Shown one piece after another: positions 37,555-47,266 of a stretch of DNA of 64,000 nt (position 1 is the stretch's first letter; each line of letters starts with the position of its first letter). Source of the DNA: an uncultured Jannaschia sp. (GTDB lineage Bacteria > Pseudomonadota > Alphaproteobacteria > Rhodobacterales > Rhodobacteraceae). The stretch is taken from the NCBI RefSeq assembly GCF_947503795.1, contig NZ_CANNEZ010000003.1, positions 150,357 to 214,356 on the forward strand, in the 5' to 3' direction. The position numbers were made by a program, and so were the translations under genes. Below the pieces are notes generated by a model. The model searched no databases and was not told where the DNA came from. It worked only from the letters and a program-made list of their open reading frames with translations.

Positions 37555-40500
37555 ATGCCCGAACGTCACCACACCTGGCGCTTCACCCGCGAGAAGATCG
37601 CGACCCGGCTCAAGCTGATCGAACCGATGATCCATCGCCGGCATCTCGCGCTGCCGTCGCTGCGGCTGATGCCGCTGACCGGCCCGATGATCGACGCGCC
37701 GATCTGCGCCGACCCGACCGGCTGGCCCGAAATCCCGCCGGGCACCTATTGGGGCGGGGCCGATCTCGACTTCGTGCTGAAGACGTCCTTCACCGTCCCG
37801 GCGGACTGGAAGCCGGAACACCTCGCGCTGCACCTGCCGCTTGGGCTCTCGGGCGACATCTTCAACCATCCCGAGGCGCTGCTGCATATCGACAGGACGC
37901 CCATCGGGTCCGCAGACCGCTATCACCACACCGTCCCGCTCGACGACGGGCTGGCCGATGGCGCGTCCCATGTCGTCTCGCTTCACGGCTGGACGGGGCT
38001 GGCCGGGTGGCCGCCGGATCCGGACGCCCGCGCCAAGCTGATGATGGGCACGCCCGCGCTCGTGCAGCGGTGCCCCGCCACGCTCGCATTCCACAGGCTG
38101 GCCGAAACGGCGCTCGACGTGGCGACCACCCTCCCCCGCGACGACGCCACCGCGCGGGGCCTGCTCGATGCGCTCGACGCCGCGTTTCTCGTGCTCGACA
38201 CGCGCGACCCGATGGGCGAGCGGTTCTACGCGTCTGTCCCGGATGCCATGCGATGCCTGGAAGCCGGTATCGCCGCCGCCGGTCCGCCCCGCGACGAGGT
38301 CCTGCACGGCATCGGCCACGCGCATATGGACATCGCCTATCTCTGGACGGTCGATCAGATCCGCCTGAAGAACGCGCGGACCTACTCCAACGTCCTGCGC
38401 CTGATGGAGGCCGATCCCGACTATCGGTTCTCGCATTCCCAGCCCGCCCTCTACGAGATGACGCGGCAGGACTATCCCGAAATGTTCGACGCGATCCGCG
38501 CCCGCGTCGCCGAGGGCCGCTGGGAGGTGATGGGCGGCATGTGGGTCGAACCCGACCTGAACATCCCCGGCCCCGAAGCGCTGGTGCGCCAGCTCACCCT
38601 CGGCCGCGCGTGGTTCGCCGAGATGTTCGGCGACGTGGAAACGCCCGTGCTCTGGCTGCCCGACACGTTCGGCTTCCCCGGCCAGGTGCCGCAGCTGATG
38701 CGACAGGCGGGTCTCGACTGGTTCGTCACAAACAAGCTCAACTGGAACCAGATCAACCGCGTCCCGTTCTCGACCCATCACTGGGAGGGGATCGACGGCA
38801 GCCGGGTGCTGGCCCACATCCTGACGACGCCGCGCCCGGTCCAGTACCTGCCCTTCCCGACGAACTACAAATCCGATCTGAGCGCAGCCGAGGTGCTGGG
38901 CACCGTCACCCACGCCCAGGGCCCGGCCACGACCGGCTTGCCGATCTGCTACGGCTATGGCGACGGCGGTGGCGGCCCGACCGAGACGCTCCTGGAAAAG
39001 GCCCGCATCATGGGCGGAATGCCGGGGATGCCACGCCTGCGCATGTCGACGGTGCGCGACGCGCTCGCCGCTCTGGAGACGACGCCCGACCTACCGATCT
39101 GGCATGGCGAGCACTACATGGAGGGCCATCGCGGCACCTTCACGTCGCAGGGCTGGATCAAGCGGGCCAACCGCTTCGCCGAGCGCGCCCTGCACGAGGC
39201 CGAGGCGCTGTCGGCGATGGCCGGTCTCGCGCCCGATCTGACCGACGCGTGGCGCCTCCTCTGCCTCAACCAGTTCCACGACATCCTGACCGGCACCTCC
39301 ATCGGCGCCGTCTTCGAGGATGCCGGTCGCGACTACGCCCGGCTGGCCGAGATGACGGAGGCTGCCGCCACGGCCGCCGCTGCGCGACTGGCGGGCGCCG
39401 TGCCGCATGTTCTGAACACCTGCCCGACCACCGGGCCGCGCGTCGCCCTCCTGCCCGCCGAAGCAGCGGGCCAAGTCACGCCGGACGGCACGCTCCGCCT
39501 GCTGCCCGACCTGCCCGCCTATTCCGTCACGGCCCTGCCCGAGGCCGCCACGCCAGACGCACCCGCCACGATCACGCAAGACGGCACGACCCATATCCTC
39601 GCCAATAGCCAGGTCGAGCTCACCGTCGCCGCCAACGGCCAGCTTCTCGCGGTGACCGACCGCGTCACAGGCCGCGAGATCCTGACCGACATGCCCGCGA
39701 ACCGCCTTCTGGCCTTCGAGGACCGCCCGATCTGCTGGGACGCGTGGGATATCGATCCACATTACGAAGACCGCTGCGAGGCCATCGCCGCCCCCGCCAT
39801 TTGCGAGATCGTCGAGACCGGGCCGGTGCGCGTGGCCCTCCGCGTGACCCATAACTGGCGCGACAGCGCGATCGTCCAGACGATCCGCCTCACCGCCGGA
39901 TCGGCGCGGATCGATTTCGACACCGAGGTCGACTGGCACGAGCGCCACATCCTCCTGAAGGCGGCCTTCCCCGTCGCGCTCGAGGCGGACACTGCGCTCT
40001 ACGATATCCAGTGGGGCACGATCGCCCGGGCGACCTCCCGCGTGTCGGCCTTCGACGCCGCCCGATTCGAGGTGCCGGCCCAGAAATGGGCGCAGCTCAC
40101 CGACGGGTCCCAAGCCGTCGCGCTCCTGAACGACTGCAAGTACGGGCACGACACCCAGGGCTCGACCATGCGGCTGACGCTGATCAAGTCGGCGACCTCG
40201 CCCGACCCGCAGGCCGACCAGGGGGCGCATCGCTTCACTTACGCGCTGATGCCGTTTCCCGCGGATCGGCAGGACCTGCTCGACCACGCGGCCTATGATT
40301 TGAACACGCCGCTGCGGATCATCCCGGCCGGCGGCGCGACCGCGCCGGGCATCGCGATCCGCTGCGACACGCCGGGCGTGATCGTGGAAACCCTGAAGCC
40401 TGCATTCGATGGCGATGGCTGGACGCTGCGCCTCTTCGAACGGCTGGGGCACGAGACGGAGGCGCGGATCACGCTCGACCGCCCCGCACGATCCATCCAG

Positions 40501-40608
40501 CCGACCGACCTGCACGAAATGCCCACGGGTACGCCGTTGCCATCGGGCGCCGTCATCGAAGTGCCCCTCGGACCGTTCGAGATCGCGACGCTGCGCCTTC
40601 GGTTCTAG
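37555..40608 (+). CDS. glycoside hydrolase family 38 alpha-mannosidase (cytoplasmic)
   Basis: 1017 aa from MPERHHTWRF. GH38 N-terminal catalytic region HGIGHAHMDIAYLWT...GGMWVEPDLNIPG. No signal peptide. Confidence 0.85.
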   Translation: MPERHHTWRFTREKIATRLKLIEPMIHRRHLALPSLRLMPLTGPMIDAPICADPTGWPEIPPGTYWGGADLDFVLKTSFTVPADWKPEHLALHLPLGLSGDIFNHPEALLHIDRTPIGSADRYHHTVPLDDGLADGASHVVSLHGWTGLAGWPPDPDARAKLMMGTPALVQRCPATLAFHRLAETALDVATTLPRDDATARGLLDALDAAFLVLDTRDPMGERFYASVPDAMRCLEAGIAAAGPPRDEVLHGIGHAHMDIAYLWTVDQIRLKNARTYSNVLRLMEADPDYRFSHSQPALYEMTRQDYPEMFDAIRARVAEGRWEVMGGMWVEPDLNIPGPEALVRQLTLGRAWFAEMFGDVETPVLWLPDTFGFPGQVPQLMRQAGLDWFVTNKLNWNQINRVPFSTHHWEGIDGSRVLAHILTTPRPVQYLPFPTNYKSDLSAAEVLGTVTHAQGPATTGLPICYGYGDGGGGPTETLLEKARIMGGMPGMPRLRMSTVRDALAALETTPDLPIWHGEHYMEGHRGTFTSQGWIKRANRFAERALHEAEALSAMAGLAPDLTDAWRLLCLNQFHDILTGTSIGAVFEDAGRDYARLAEMTEAAATAAAARLAGAVPHVLNTCPTTGPRVALLPAEAAGQVTPDGTLRLLPDLPAYSVTALPEAATPDAPATITQDGTTHILANSQVELTVAANGQLLAVTDRVTGREILTDMPANRLLAFEDRPICWDAWDIDPHYEDRCEAIAAPAICEIVETGPVRVALRVTHNWRDSAIVQTIRLTAGSARIDFDTEVDWHERHILLKAAFPVALEADTALYDIQWGTIARATSRVSAFDAARFEVPAQKWAQLTDGSQAVALLNDCKYGHDTQGSTMRLTLIKSATSPDPQADQGAHRFTYALMPFPADRQDLLDHAAYDLNTPLRIIPAGGATAPGIAIRCDTPGVIVETLKPAFDGDGWTLRLFERLGHETEARITLDRPARSIQPTDLHEMPTGTPLPSGAVIEVPLGPFEIATLRLRF

Positions 40609-40940
40609 CTCGACCCCCGCGCCTGCGCCTCGGCGTCGAGACCGGCCCACCATTCCGCATACTCGGTGTTCCAGGGCGCCCGCCTCGTGACGTCCGGCGC
40701 ACCATCCGCCCACCAGACCGGACCCCGTTCGCCCAATCGGACCTTGGCATCCTGCACCCGCGCTCGCGCGGCCCGCATCGCATCGGGCCCATCGGCATCG
40801 CGGACCGCGCGGCGCGCCGCCATCAGGTCTCGCACGGCCGTCTGCCGCGCGTCCTCGGGCAGAGACGGGTCGGTCTTGCGCCAGAGGCGCGCCTTGGCCA
40901 CGAAATAGCGGCCGTCCGGGGTTTCGGGATAGTTCGGCAT
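40605..40940 (-). CDS. conserved hypothetical protein (111 aa)
   Basis: Start MPNYPETPDGRYFVAKARLWRK at 40940 within ORF 40605..41102. High GC3. No family recognised with confidence. Confidence 0.6.
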   Translation of the reverse strand: MPNYPETPDGRYFVAKARLWRKTDPSLPEDARQTAVRDLMAARRAVRDADGPDAMRAARARVQDAKVRLGERGPVWWADGAPDVTRRAPWNTEYAEWWAGLDAEAQARGSS

Positions 40941-40957
40941 GACAGGGCAGATAGCCC

Positions 40958-41659
40958 TCACATCATGCGGATCACCTTCGGATCGAGTGCCAGCACATAA
41001 CCCTGCCGCGTGATGTTGCGGATCAGCAGATGGGTCACGATCTGGTTGCCCAGCGCGTCGCGCAGCCGTTTGATGCGCGTGGCCCCCGCCGCCTCCTCGC
41101 AATCGCTTTCGGGCTTGCCCGAGATCATCGCCTCGATCTGCGCGCCGGTCAGCATGTCGCCGTCCAGCCGCGCCTCGGCCAGAACCGACAATGTCTCCAT
41201 CGCCGCATCGGTCAGCTTCAGCTCGATATCGTTGAGCATCACCGCGTTCTCGGCCCGCGCCAGCACCAGCGACGTCACCTGGATGCCCGAGCGCTCGATC
41301 TCGCCCATCCGGCGGTTCAGCGTCACGATGGCCAGAAGCAGCACGACGCAGGCGATCAGCAGCGCGGTCGCGAAGACCAGCAGCACGAATATGACGGTCC
41401 GGTAGCTGGCCAGGACTTCGCCGAAGGCGGTGCCCGACTGGGCCAGAACCTCCAGAAGGCCGATCTCGGCGCGGGTGGTCAGGTCGGCTTCGACGAACAG
41501 GCGCTCGACGCGCATGTTGAACGCGTTGCCGTCGGGCAGCGTGGCGAACAGGAAGATCGCCGCCGCCGCCAGGATGACGACGATCGCGGCGATGCCGAAG
41601 CCCACGACCTTGGCCGAGGCCGCGCGCGTCTCAGTAACGGAGGAAGTATTCGCCGGCAC
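40958..41659 (-). CDS. membrane-anchored protein with two N-terminal TM helices and a C-terminal OmpR/PhoB-type winged-helix domain
   Basis: 233 aa. TM1 VVGFGIAAIVVILAAAAIFLFATL and TM2 TVIFVLLVFATALLIACVVLLLAIVTL. The C-terminus IELKLTDAAMETLSVLAEA...ATRIKRLRDALG...LIRNITRQGYVLAL fits the trans_reg_C pattern. GTG start; an alternative GTG lies at 41605. Confidence 0.65.
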   Translation of the reverse strand: MPANTSSVTETRAASAKVVGFGIAAIVVILAAAAIFLFATLPDGNAFNMRVERLFVEADLTTRAEIGLLEVLAQSGTAFGEVLASYRTVIFVLLVFATALLIACVVLLLAIVTLNRRMGEIERSGIQVTSLVLARAENAVMLNDIELKLTDAAMETLSVLAEARLDGDMLTGAQIEAMISGKPESDCEEAAGATRIKRLRDALGNQIVTHLLIRNITRQGYVLALDPKVIRMM

Positions 41660-41909
41660 TCTCTTCCCTTTCCTCGAGCCCGTCTGGGCCGAACACGGAC
41701 GTCACCTCGAGCAATTGCCAGCCGTCGCCCAGCCGGGCGGCGATGACTTCGGAGGCGGAGCCGATATCGCATCGGTCATCCGGCAGTTCGACCACACCGT
41801 AGTGCAGGCGCAAGGGGTCGTCCTGCTTTGCCTTGTAATCGGCATAGCACGCCGCCCAGCCCGGAGAGGCAAGGGCGAAGGTCAGGATCAGGGGAAGTGC
41901 GGGGTTCAT
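41631..41909 (-). CDS. small secreted protein (92 aa), unknown function
   Basis: Signal peptide MNPALPLILTFALASPGWAAC, two Cys, acidic C-terminus. It lies upstream of the winged-helix membrane protein gene and overlaps it. Confidence 0.6.
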   Translation of the reverse strand: MNPALPLILTFALASPGWAACYADYKAKQDDPLRLHYGVVELPDDRCDIGSASEVIAARLGDGWQLLEVTSVFGPDGLEEREESAGEYFLRY

Positions 41910-42066
41910 GCCTCCCTGATGGGGGATCGCGGCGCCGCAATCAATATCCGAGGCGATTCAGGGCGCGGCTATCCCATGACACCGCTCCGTTATTGAGGGA
42001 CCCGGCCGACCTGGGCGACGGACGGGGTGTCCGACCTCGAACCCCGACCGCGAAGGAGCCCTGCCC

Positions 42067-42594
42067 ATGATCCGCATTCTGACCGCCGCGATCCTGTCCG
42101 CCGCCATCGCCCTGCCTGCCACCACCGCCCCCGCCCGCGCCGATGCCGAGGACGTGGCCAAGGTGCTGGGCGGTCTCGCCGCGCTCTACATCCTCAAGGA
42201 GGCCGTCGAGCGAAACCGCGAACGCCGCGCCGCGCCCGTCGCCCGTGCGCCCGTCCACCAACCGGAATATTACAGCCATCGGCATTCCGGGCTCGGGGCC
42301 CACAGCCACCGTACCGGCACGGATCATACCCGCGCCCACCCCCATCGCGATCGGCCCCGGCAAGACCGCCGCAATGTCCGCGTCCTGCCCGAGCAGTGCT
42401 ACGTGACGCTGCGCACCGATCGCGGCCTCGTCTCGGGCTACGGCGCGCGCTGCATGCAGAACGCCGTCGCACGTCCCGGCGCGCTGCCGCCGCAATGCAT
42501 TCGACAGCTGCGGACCGACCGGGGTCCGCGCAACATCTACGGCCCGCGCTGCCTTGCGCGGGACGGCTGGTCTCCCCGCACCGCAAGGCGTTGA
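42067..42594 (+). CDS. secreted His-rich protein with tandem Cys-containing repeat, unknown function
   Basis: 175 aa. Signal peptide MIRILTAAILSAAIALPATTAPARA. His-rich stretch HQPEYYSHRHSGLGAHSHRTGTDHTRAHPHRD. Two ~30-aa repeats of the form LPxQC..LRTDRG...YGxRC. High GC3. Confidence 0.65.
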   Translation: MIRILTAAILSAAIALPATTAPARADAEDVAKVLGGLAALYILKEAVERNRERRAAPVARAPVHQPEYYSHRHSGLGAHSHRTGTDHTRAHPHRDRPRQDRRNVRVLPEQCYVTLRTDRGLVSGYGARCMQNAVARPGALPPQCIRQLRTDRGPRNIYGPRCLARDGWSPRTARR

Positions 42595-42641
42595 CGCGCA
42601 TGCGTTGACGTCACGCCGGGAGAGGGGGCAGGGTTGGCCGC

Positions 42642-43259
42642 GTGTCGATCCTGCCCCCGCAATCCATTTACGAGCAGGCCGCCCGTGACCGCGGGGCGCG
42701 CGTCATCGTCGGGCTCGACGAGGTCGGTCGCGGGCCCTGGGCCGGGCCGGTCGTGGCCTGCGCCGCGCGCCTGATCGGGCCGCCCCCCGAGGGGTTGGAC
42801 GATTCGAAGAGATTGACCGCCCGGCGCCGCGAGGCCCTCGCGGCCCTCCTCGAGGCCTGCTGCGAGATCGGCTACGGCGAGGCGAGCGTCGCCGAGATCG
42901 ACACGCTCAATATCCGCGCGGCCACCCACCTCGCCATGGCGCGCGCCGTCGCGGCCCTCGGCACGCCGCCCGACCACCTGCTGATCGATGGAAACGACCG
43001 GCCCGGCTGGGTCGATTGTCCCCATACGCTCATCATAGGCGGCGACGGGCTCTCACCGTCCATCGCGGCGGCCTCGGTTCTGGCGAAAATAAGGCGGGAT
43101 CGGGGCATGGCGGCGCTGGCGCAACAGCATCCGGGCTATGGCTGGGAGCGGAACGCCGGATACGGCACGCGGCAACACCAGGACGGCCTCGCACAATACG
43201 GTGTGACGCAACATCATCGGCGTAGCTTCGCACCAATACGCAAGATGTTGTGTCAGTAA
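42642..43259 (+). CDS. rnhB: ribonuclease HII
   Basis: 205 aa with the GLDEVGRGPWAGPVVA active-site motif. GTG start. Confidence 0.9.
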   Translation: MSILPPQSIYEQAARDRGARVIVGLDEVGRGPWAGPVVACAARLIGPPPEGLDDSKRLTARRREALAALLEACCEIGYGEASVAEIDTLNIRAATHLAMARAVAALGTPPDHLLIDGNDRPGWVDCPHTLIIGGDGLSPSIAAASVLAKIRRDRGMAALAQQHPGYGWERNAGYGTRQHQDGLAQYGVTQHHRRSFAPIRKMLCQ

Positions 43260-43300
43260 CCCTGCCCCGATCTTGCCGCATTCCACTTGTGGACCAATGA

Positions 43301-44485
<1,185 letters not shown>

Positions 44486-44540
44486 CCTCCCGACGAGTTA
44501 CCGCCTGCGCCCGCTGTCCAATGTCCGGCGGGCGCACCTT

Positions 44541-44578
44541 GACCCCCGTGCCCTTGTGGCATGGGGGTCCTTTTTATT
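44541..44578 (+). terminator. rho-independent terminator downstream of ccrM
   Basis: GACCCCCGTGCC-cttgt-GGCATGGGGGTC (12-bp stem) followed by CTTTTTATT. The T-tract overlaps the stop codon of the convergent gene. Confidence 0.75.
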
Positions 44579-45521
44579 CCGACCCTTCCGTTAGAAGGCA
44601 GAGCGCGCCCGATGATCCTTCGCGATGCGCGACGGCCAGCCCCGCCGCCCCCGACGGCGTTGTCGCGTGGCCCAGCCCCGCCGCAAGCTCGACCGCGGCA
44701 CGGGAGTCGGCCTCGGTCAGCGTGGCGTAGCGCACGTCGCAGCGGGCGAGGATCTCGACGGCCAGCATCGAGGGCGCCTTGCAGTCCAGTCGCCCCATGA
44801 TGCTGACATCGCCCTTGACGGTGACGGGTCTGCCCACGGCCGCGCTGGCCGCAAGGCAGGCCGCCCGGTCGGGCTCCACCACGACGATCTCGGGCTGGAC
44901 CGGCCAGTCGGCGCGGATCGTCTCGGCCAATGCCGCCGCCATCCCCCCGACCCCGGCCTGAAGATAGACGCGGTCGGGCCAGACCCGCGTTTCGGTCGCG
45001 ATCTCGCGGGCGATCACGGTGTACCCCTCCATCACGAGGCGCGGCGGCTCGGTGTAGCCGCGCCACGACCCGTCGGCGAGATGGGTTGCGCCCGTCGCCT
45101 CGGCATCGTCGATGGCCGCCGCGACGCTCTCTTCATAGGTCTCGCCGGACCGCACGACCTCGGCGCCGCGCCCCTGCAACCTCCGGGCGAATCGGTCGGG
45201 CACCTGCGCGCTCAGGTGGACACGCGCGTGCGCCCCGAACAGCCGGGCCCCGGCCGCGACCGCCAGACCGTGGTTTCCTGCGCTGGCACAGACGAACACG
45301 CGACCCCGGCCGGCGCTTCCGTCGGCCAGCGCCTCGGGGGTGCCGCCCAGCAGGCGAGCGACGGCATAAACCCCGCCCAACGCCTTGAACGCCCCGAGGC
45401 CCATCCGTTCGGATTCGAGCTTCAGCCGGAGATCACCGTGGCGCACCAAAGGCGTCGCCGCGTGGATCGGACAGTGTCGGAGAAGGGCGAGGGCGCGATC
45501 GGGTTCGAGCAGGCGGATCAT
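44574..45521 (-). CDS. PLP-dependent enzyme of the tryptophan synthase beta superfamily (diaminopropionate ammonia-lyase-like)
   Basis: 315 aa with the lysine motif GAFKALGG and ASAGNHG. Confidence 0.7.
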   Translation of the reverse strand: MIRLLEPDRALALLRHCPIHAATPLVRHGDLRLKLESERMGLGAFKALGGVYAVARLLGGTPEALADGSAGRGRVFVCASAGNHGLAVAAGARLFGAHARVHLSAQVPDRFARRLQGRGAEVVRSGETYEESVAAAIDDAEATGATHLADGSWRGYTEPPRLVMEGYTVIAREIATETRVWPDRVYLQAGVGGMAAALAETIRADWPVQPEIVVVEPDRAACLAASAAVGRPVTVKGDVSIMGRLDCKAPSMLAVEILARCDVRYATLTEADSRAAVELAAGLGHATTPSGAAGLAVAHREGSSGALCLLTEGSE

Positions 45522-45556
45522 AGCCCAGCATGGTCGAACGCGCGCCTGTCGCCCAA

Positions 45557-45592
45557 GAAAAAAGAGCGCCCCCGGAGGGACGCCCTTTTCTT
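45557..45592. terminator. A-tract/T-tract flanked hairpin (possible bidirectional terminator)
   Basis: AAAAAAGAGCGCCCC-cgga-GGGACGCCCTTTTCTT, with two mismatches in the stem. It lies downstream of the small minus-strand gene. Confidence 0.4.
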
Positions 45593-45624
45593 GAAACCTA
45601 CGAAAGGCTCCGTCGTCGTTCGGA

Positions 45625-45807
45625 TCAGTCCGAAGCGGCGGCGGCGGCCAGCAGGATCAGCGCCAGGATCGGAACGACGATGCCAGCGGACGAGGACGAG
45701 GTGTCCTCGACGATGACAACGGGCTCGACCGGAGCGGGCGCGATGTTGCCTGCGAAGGCGGTGGTGGCGGCGCCGGTCAGAACGGCGGCGAGAGCGAGTT
45801 TCTTCAT
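45625..45807 (-). CDS. tiny exported/anchored protein (60 aa)
   Basis: Start MKKLALAAVLTGAATTAFAG is preceded by a strong SD GGAGGATA. Ser-rich centre and hydrophobic C-terminal segment IVVPILALILLAAAAA. Confidence 0.6.
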   Translation of the reverse strand: MKKLALAAVLTGAATTAFAGNIAPAPVEPVVIVEDTSSSSAGIVVPILALILLAAAAASD

Positions 45808-45957
45808 AGTATCCTCCAAGATACGCCATCGGTGAGGCGACAGTTGCCACACCATATGGCACCCAAGACTGTACCTCGTGCAAGCTCGTTAAACAGTTAC
45901 GCGGGGCCAATGCAACGGGAAGTAAAGTGAATTCCTGTGTCCTCCCGGCAAGCTACG

Positions 45958-46545
45958 TCAAATAAGCAACACCTGTGTTCCGACCCGTGTCATCGCGAAA
46001 ACCTCGGCGATGTGTTCATTGTAGAGGCCGATGCAACCGGAGGACGAACGCCGCCCGATCTTGCGCGTGTCGTGCGTCCCGTGAATCCGGTAGTAGGTCC
46101 AGCCCAGATAGAGCGCATGCGTGCCCAGCGGATTGTTCGGACCCGGCCCAACGACGGCGGGCCATTCGGGGTTGCGGCGGCGCATGTTCGGGGTCGGGCG
46201 CCACGTCGGCCCCACCACCTTCTGGACGACGCGGGTCCGGCCCCGGCGCGTCAGCTGCTCGCTGGACGGAACCGACGACGGATAAAGGTGATATCCGCCA
46301 TTCTCCTGCCACATATGCAGGGCGCGGCTTTCGATATCGACGAGAATCGCCCCGTTGCGCAGATTCGAGAAGAATGGCCGCCAATCATGGGAGCGAAAGC
46401 TCGCCATATTGTGCCGCGTCGTGCCCGAGAGCGCGCTGCGGGTCTGCACCGTATCCGGCAGGGTCTGCGACAGGGCCGGGGCGGCCAGTCCGGCGGTGGC
46501 GGCACTCGCGGTCAGCAGCAGGGCGCGGCGGTTCAGCTTACGCAT
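45958..46545 (-). CDS. L,D-transpeptidase (YkuD domain) with Tat-like signal
   Basis: Start MRKLNRRALLLTASAATAGLAAPA follows AAGGAGAG. Catalytic HGT...SSGCIGL motif. Confidence 0.85.
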   Translation of the reverse strand: MRKLNRRALLLTASAATAGLAAPALSQTLPDTVQTRSALSGTTRHNMASFRSHDWRPFFSNLRNGAILVDIESRALHMWQENGGYHLYPSSVPSSEQLTRRGRTRVVQKVVGPTWRPTPNMRRRNPEWPAVVGPGPNNPLGTHALYLGWTYYRIHGTHDTRKIGRRSSSGCIGLYNEHIAEVFAMTRVGTQVLLI

Positions 46546-46748
46546 CAGTCTCTCCTTCATCTTGTCGCGCGCAGGCGCGCGGAATTGGCGATCCTGTTCC
46601 AAAGGCTAGGGCGCGGCCGGGTCGCGATCAAATCAAACCACGCGCGAATCGGGGAAATCTCGCGCATTCCACCTCGCGCGGCATTTGCCTTGGCATCCGC
46701 TCCGCTATAGTCCCGTCGAAATCGCGAAAGACCGACGGGAACCCGACC

Positions 46749-47258
46749 ATGAATCGCCGCACCGCCCTGATCCTGCTCTCCGGCACCGCTTTGGCGGCCT
46801 GCGCGCCGCCGCCGCCCAGCGTGGGACCGGACGGGAAGCCGCTGCCGAAGCTCTATCGCATCTCCTCGGCCGACGGGCGCCGCATCCCGTTCCGGGTGCT
46901 CGATTCGGTCAATGCGCTGCGCCAGGGGGCCGGGGCCGCCCCGCTGGCCCTCAACTCCGAGCTATCGGCCGCCGCCGCGACCCATTCCCGCGACATGTCG
47001 CTCCAGAACCGGCCGTGGCATTTCGGCTCCGACGGCTCCAGCCCGATCGATCGCGCGCGGCGCGTCGGCTATTCGGGGCGCCTTCTGGGCGAAGCCATCT
47101 CGGAGACCTACGAATCCGAACTCGAGACCGTCGCCGCCTGGATGCAGGAGGCCGGCCCCCGCCGCGTCATCCTCGACGCCAACGCGCGCCAGATGGGCTT
47201 CGCCTATTACCAGGAAAACAACGGCAAGATCTGGTACACCCTGACCACGGGCACCTGA
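46749..47258 (+). CDS. CAP/SCP domain lipoprotein
   Basis: 169 aa from MNRRTALILLSGTALAAC (lipobox). CAP-domain-like body (LSAAAATHSRDM..., WMQEAGPRRVILDANARQMGFAY). Confidence 0.75.
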   Translation: MNRRTALILLSGTALAACAPPPPSVGPDGKPLPKLYRISSADGRRIPFRVLDSVNALRQGAGAAPLALNSELSAAAATHSRDMSLQNRPWHFGSDGSSPIDRARRVGYSGRLLGEAISETYESELETVAAWMQEAGPRRVILDANARQMGFAYYQENNGKIWYTLTTGT

Positions 47259-47266
47259 CCCGACCG

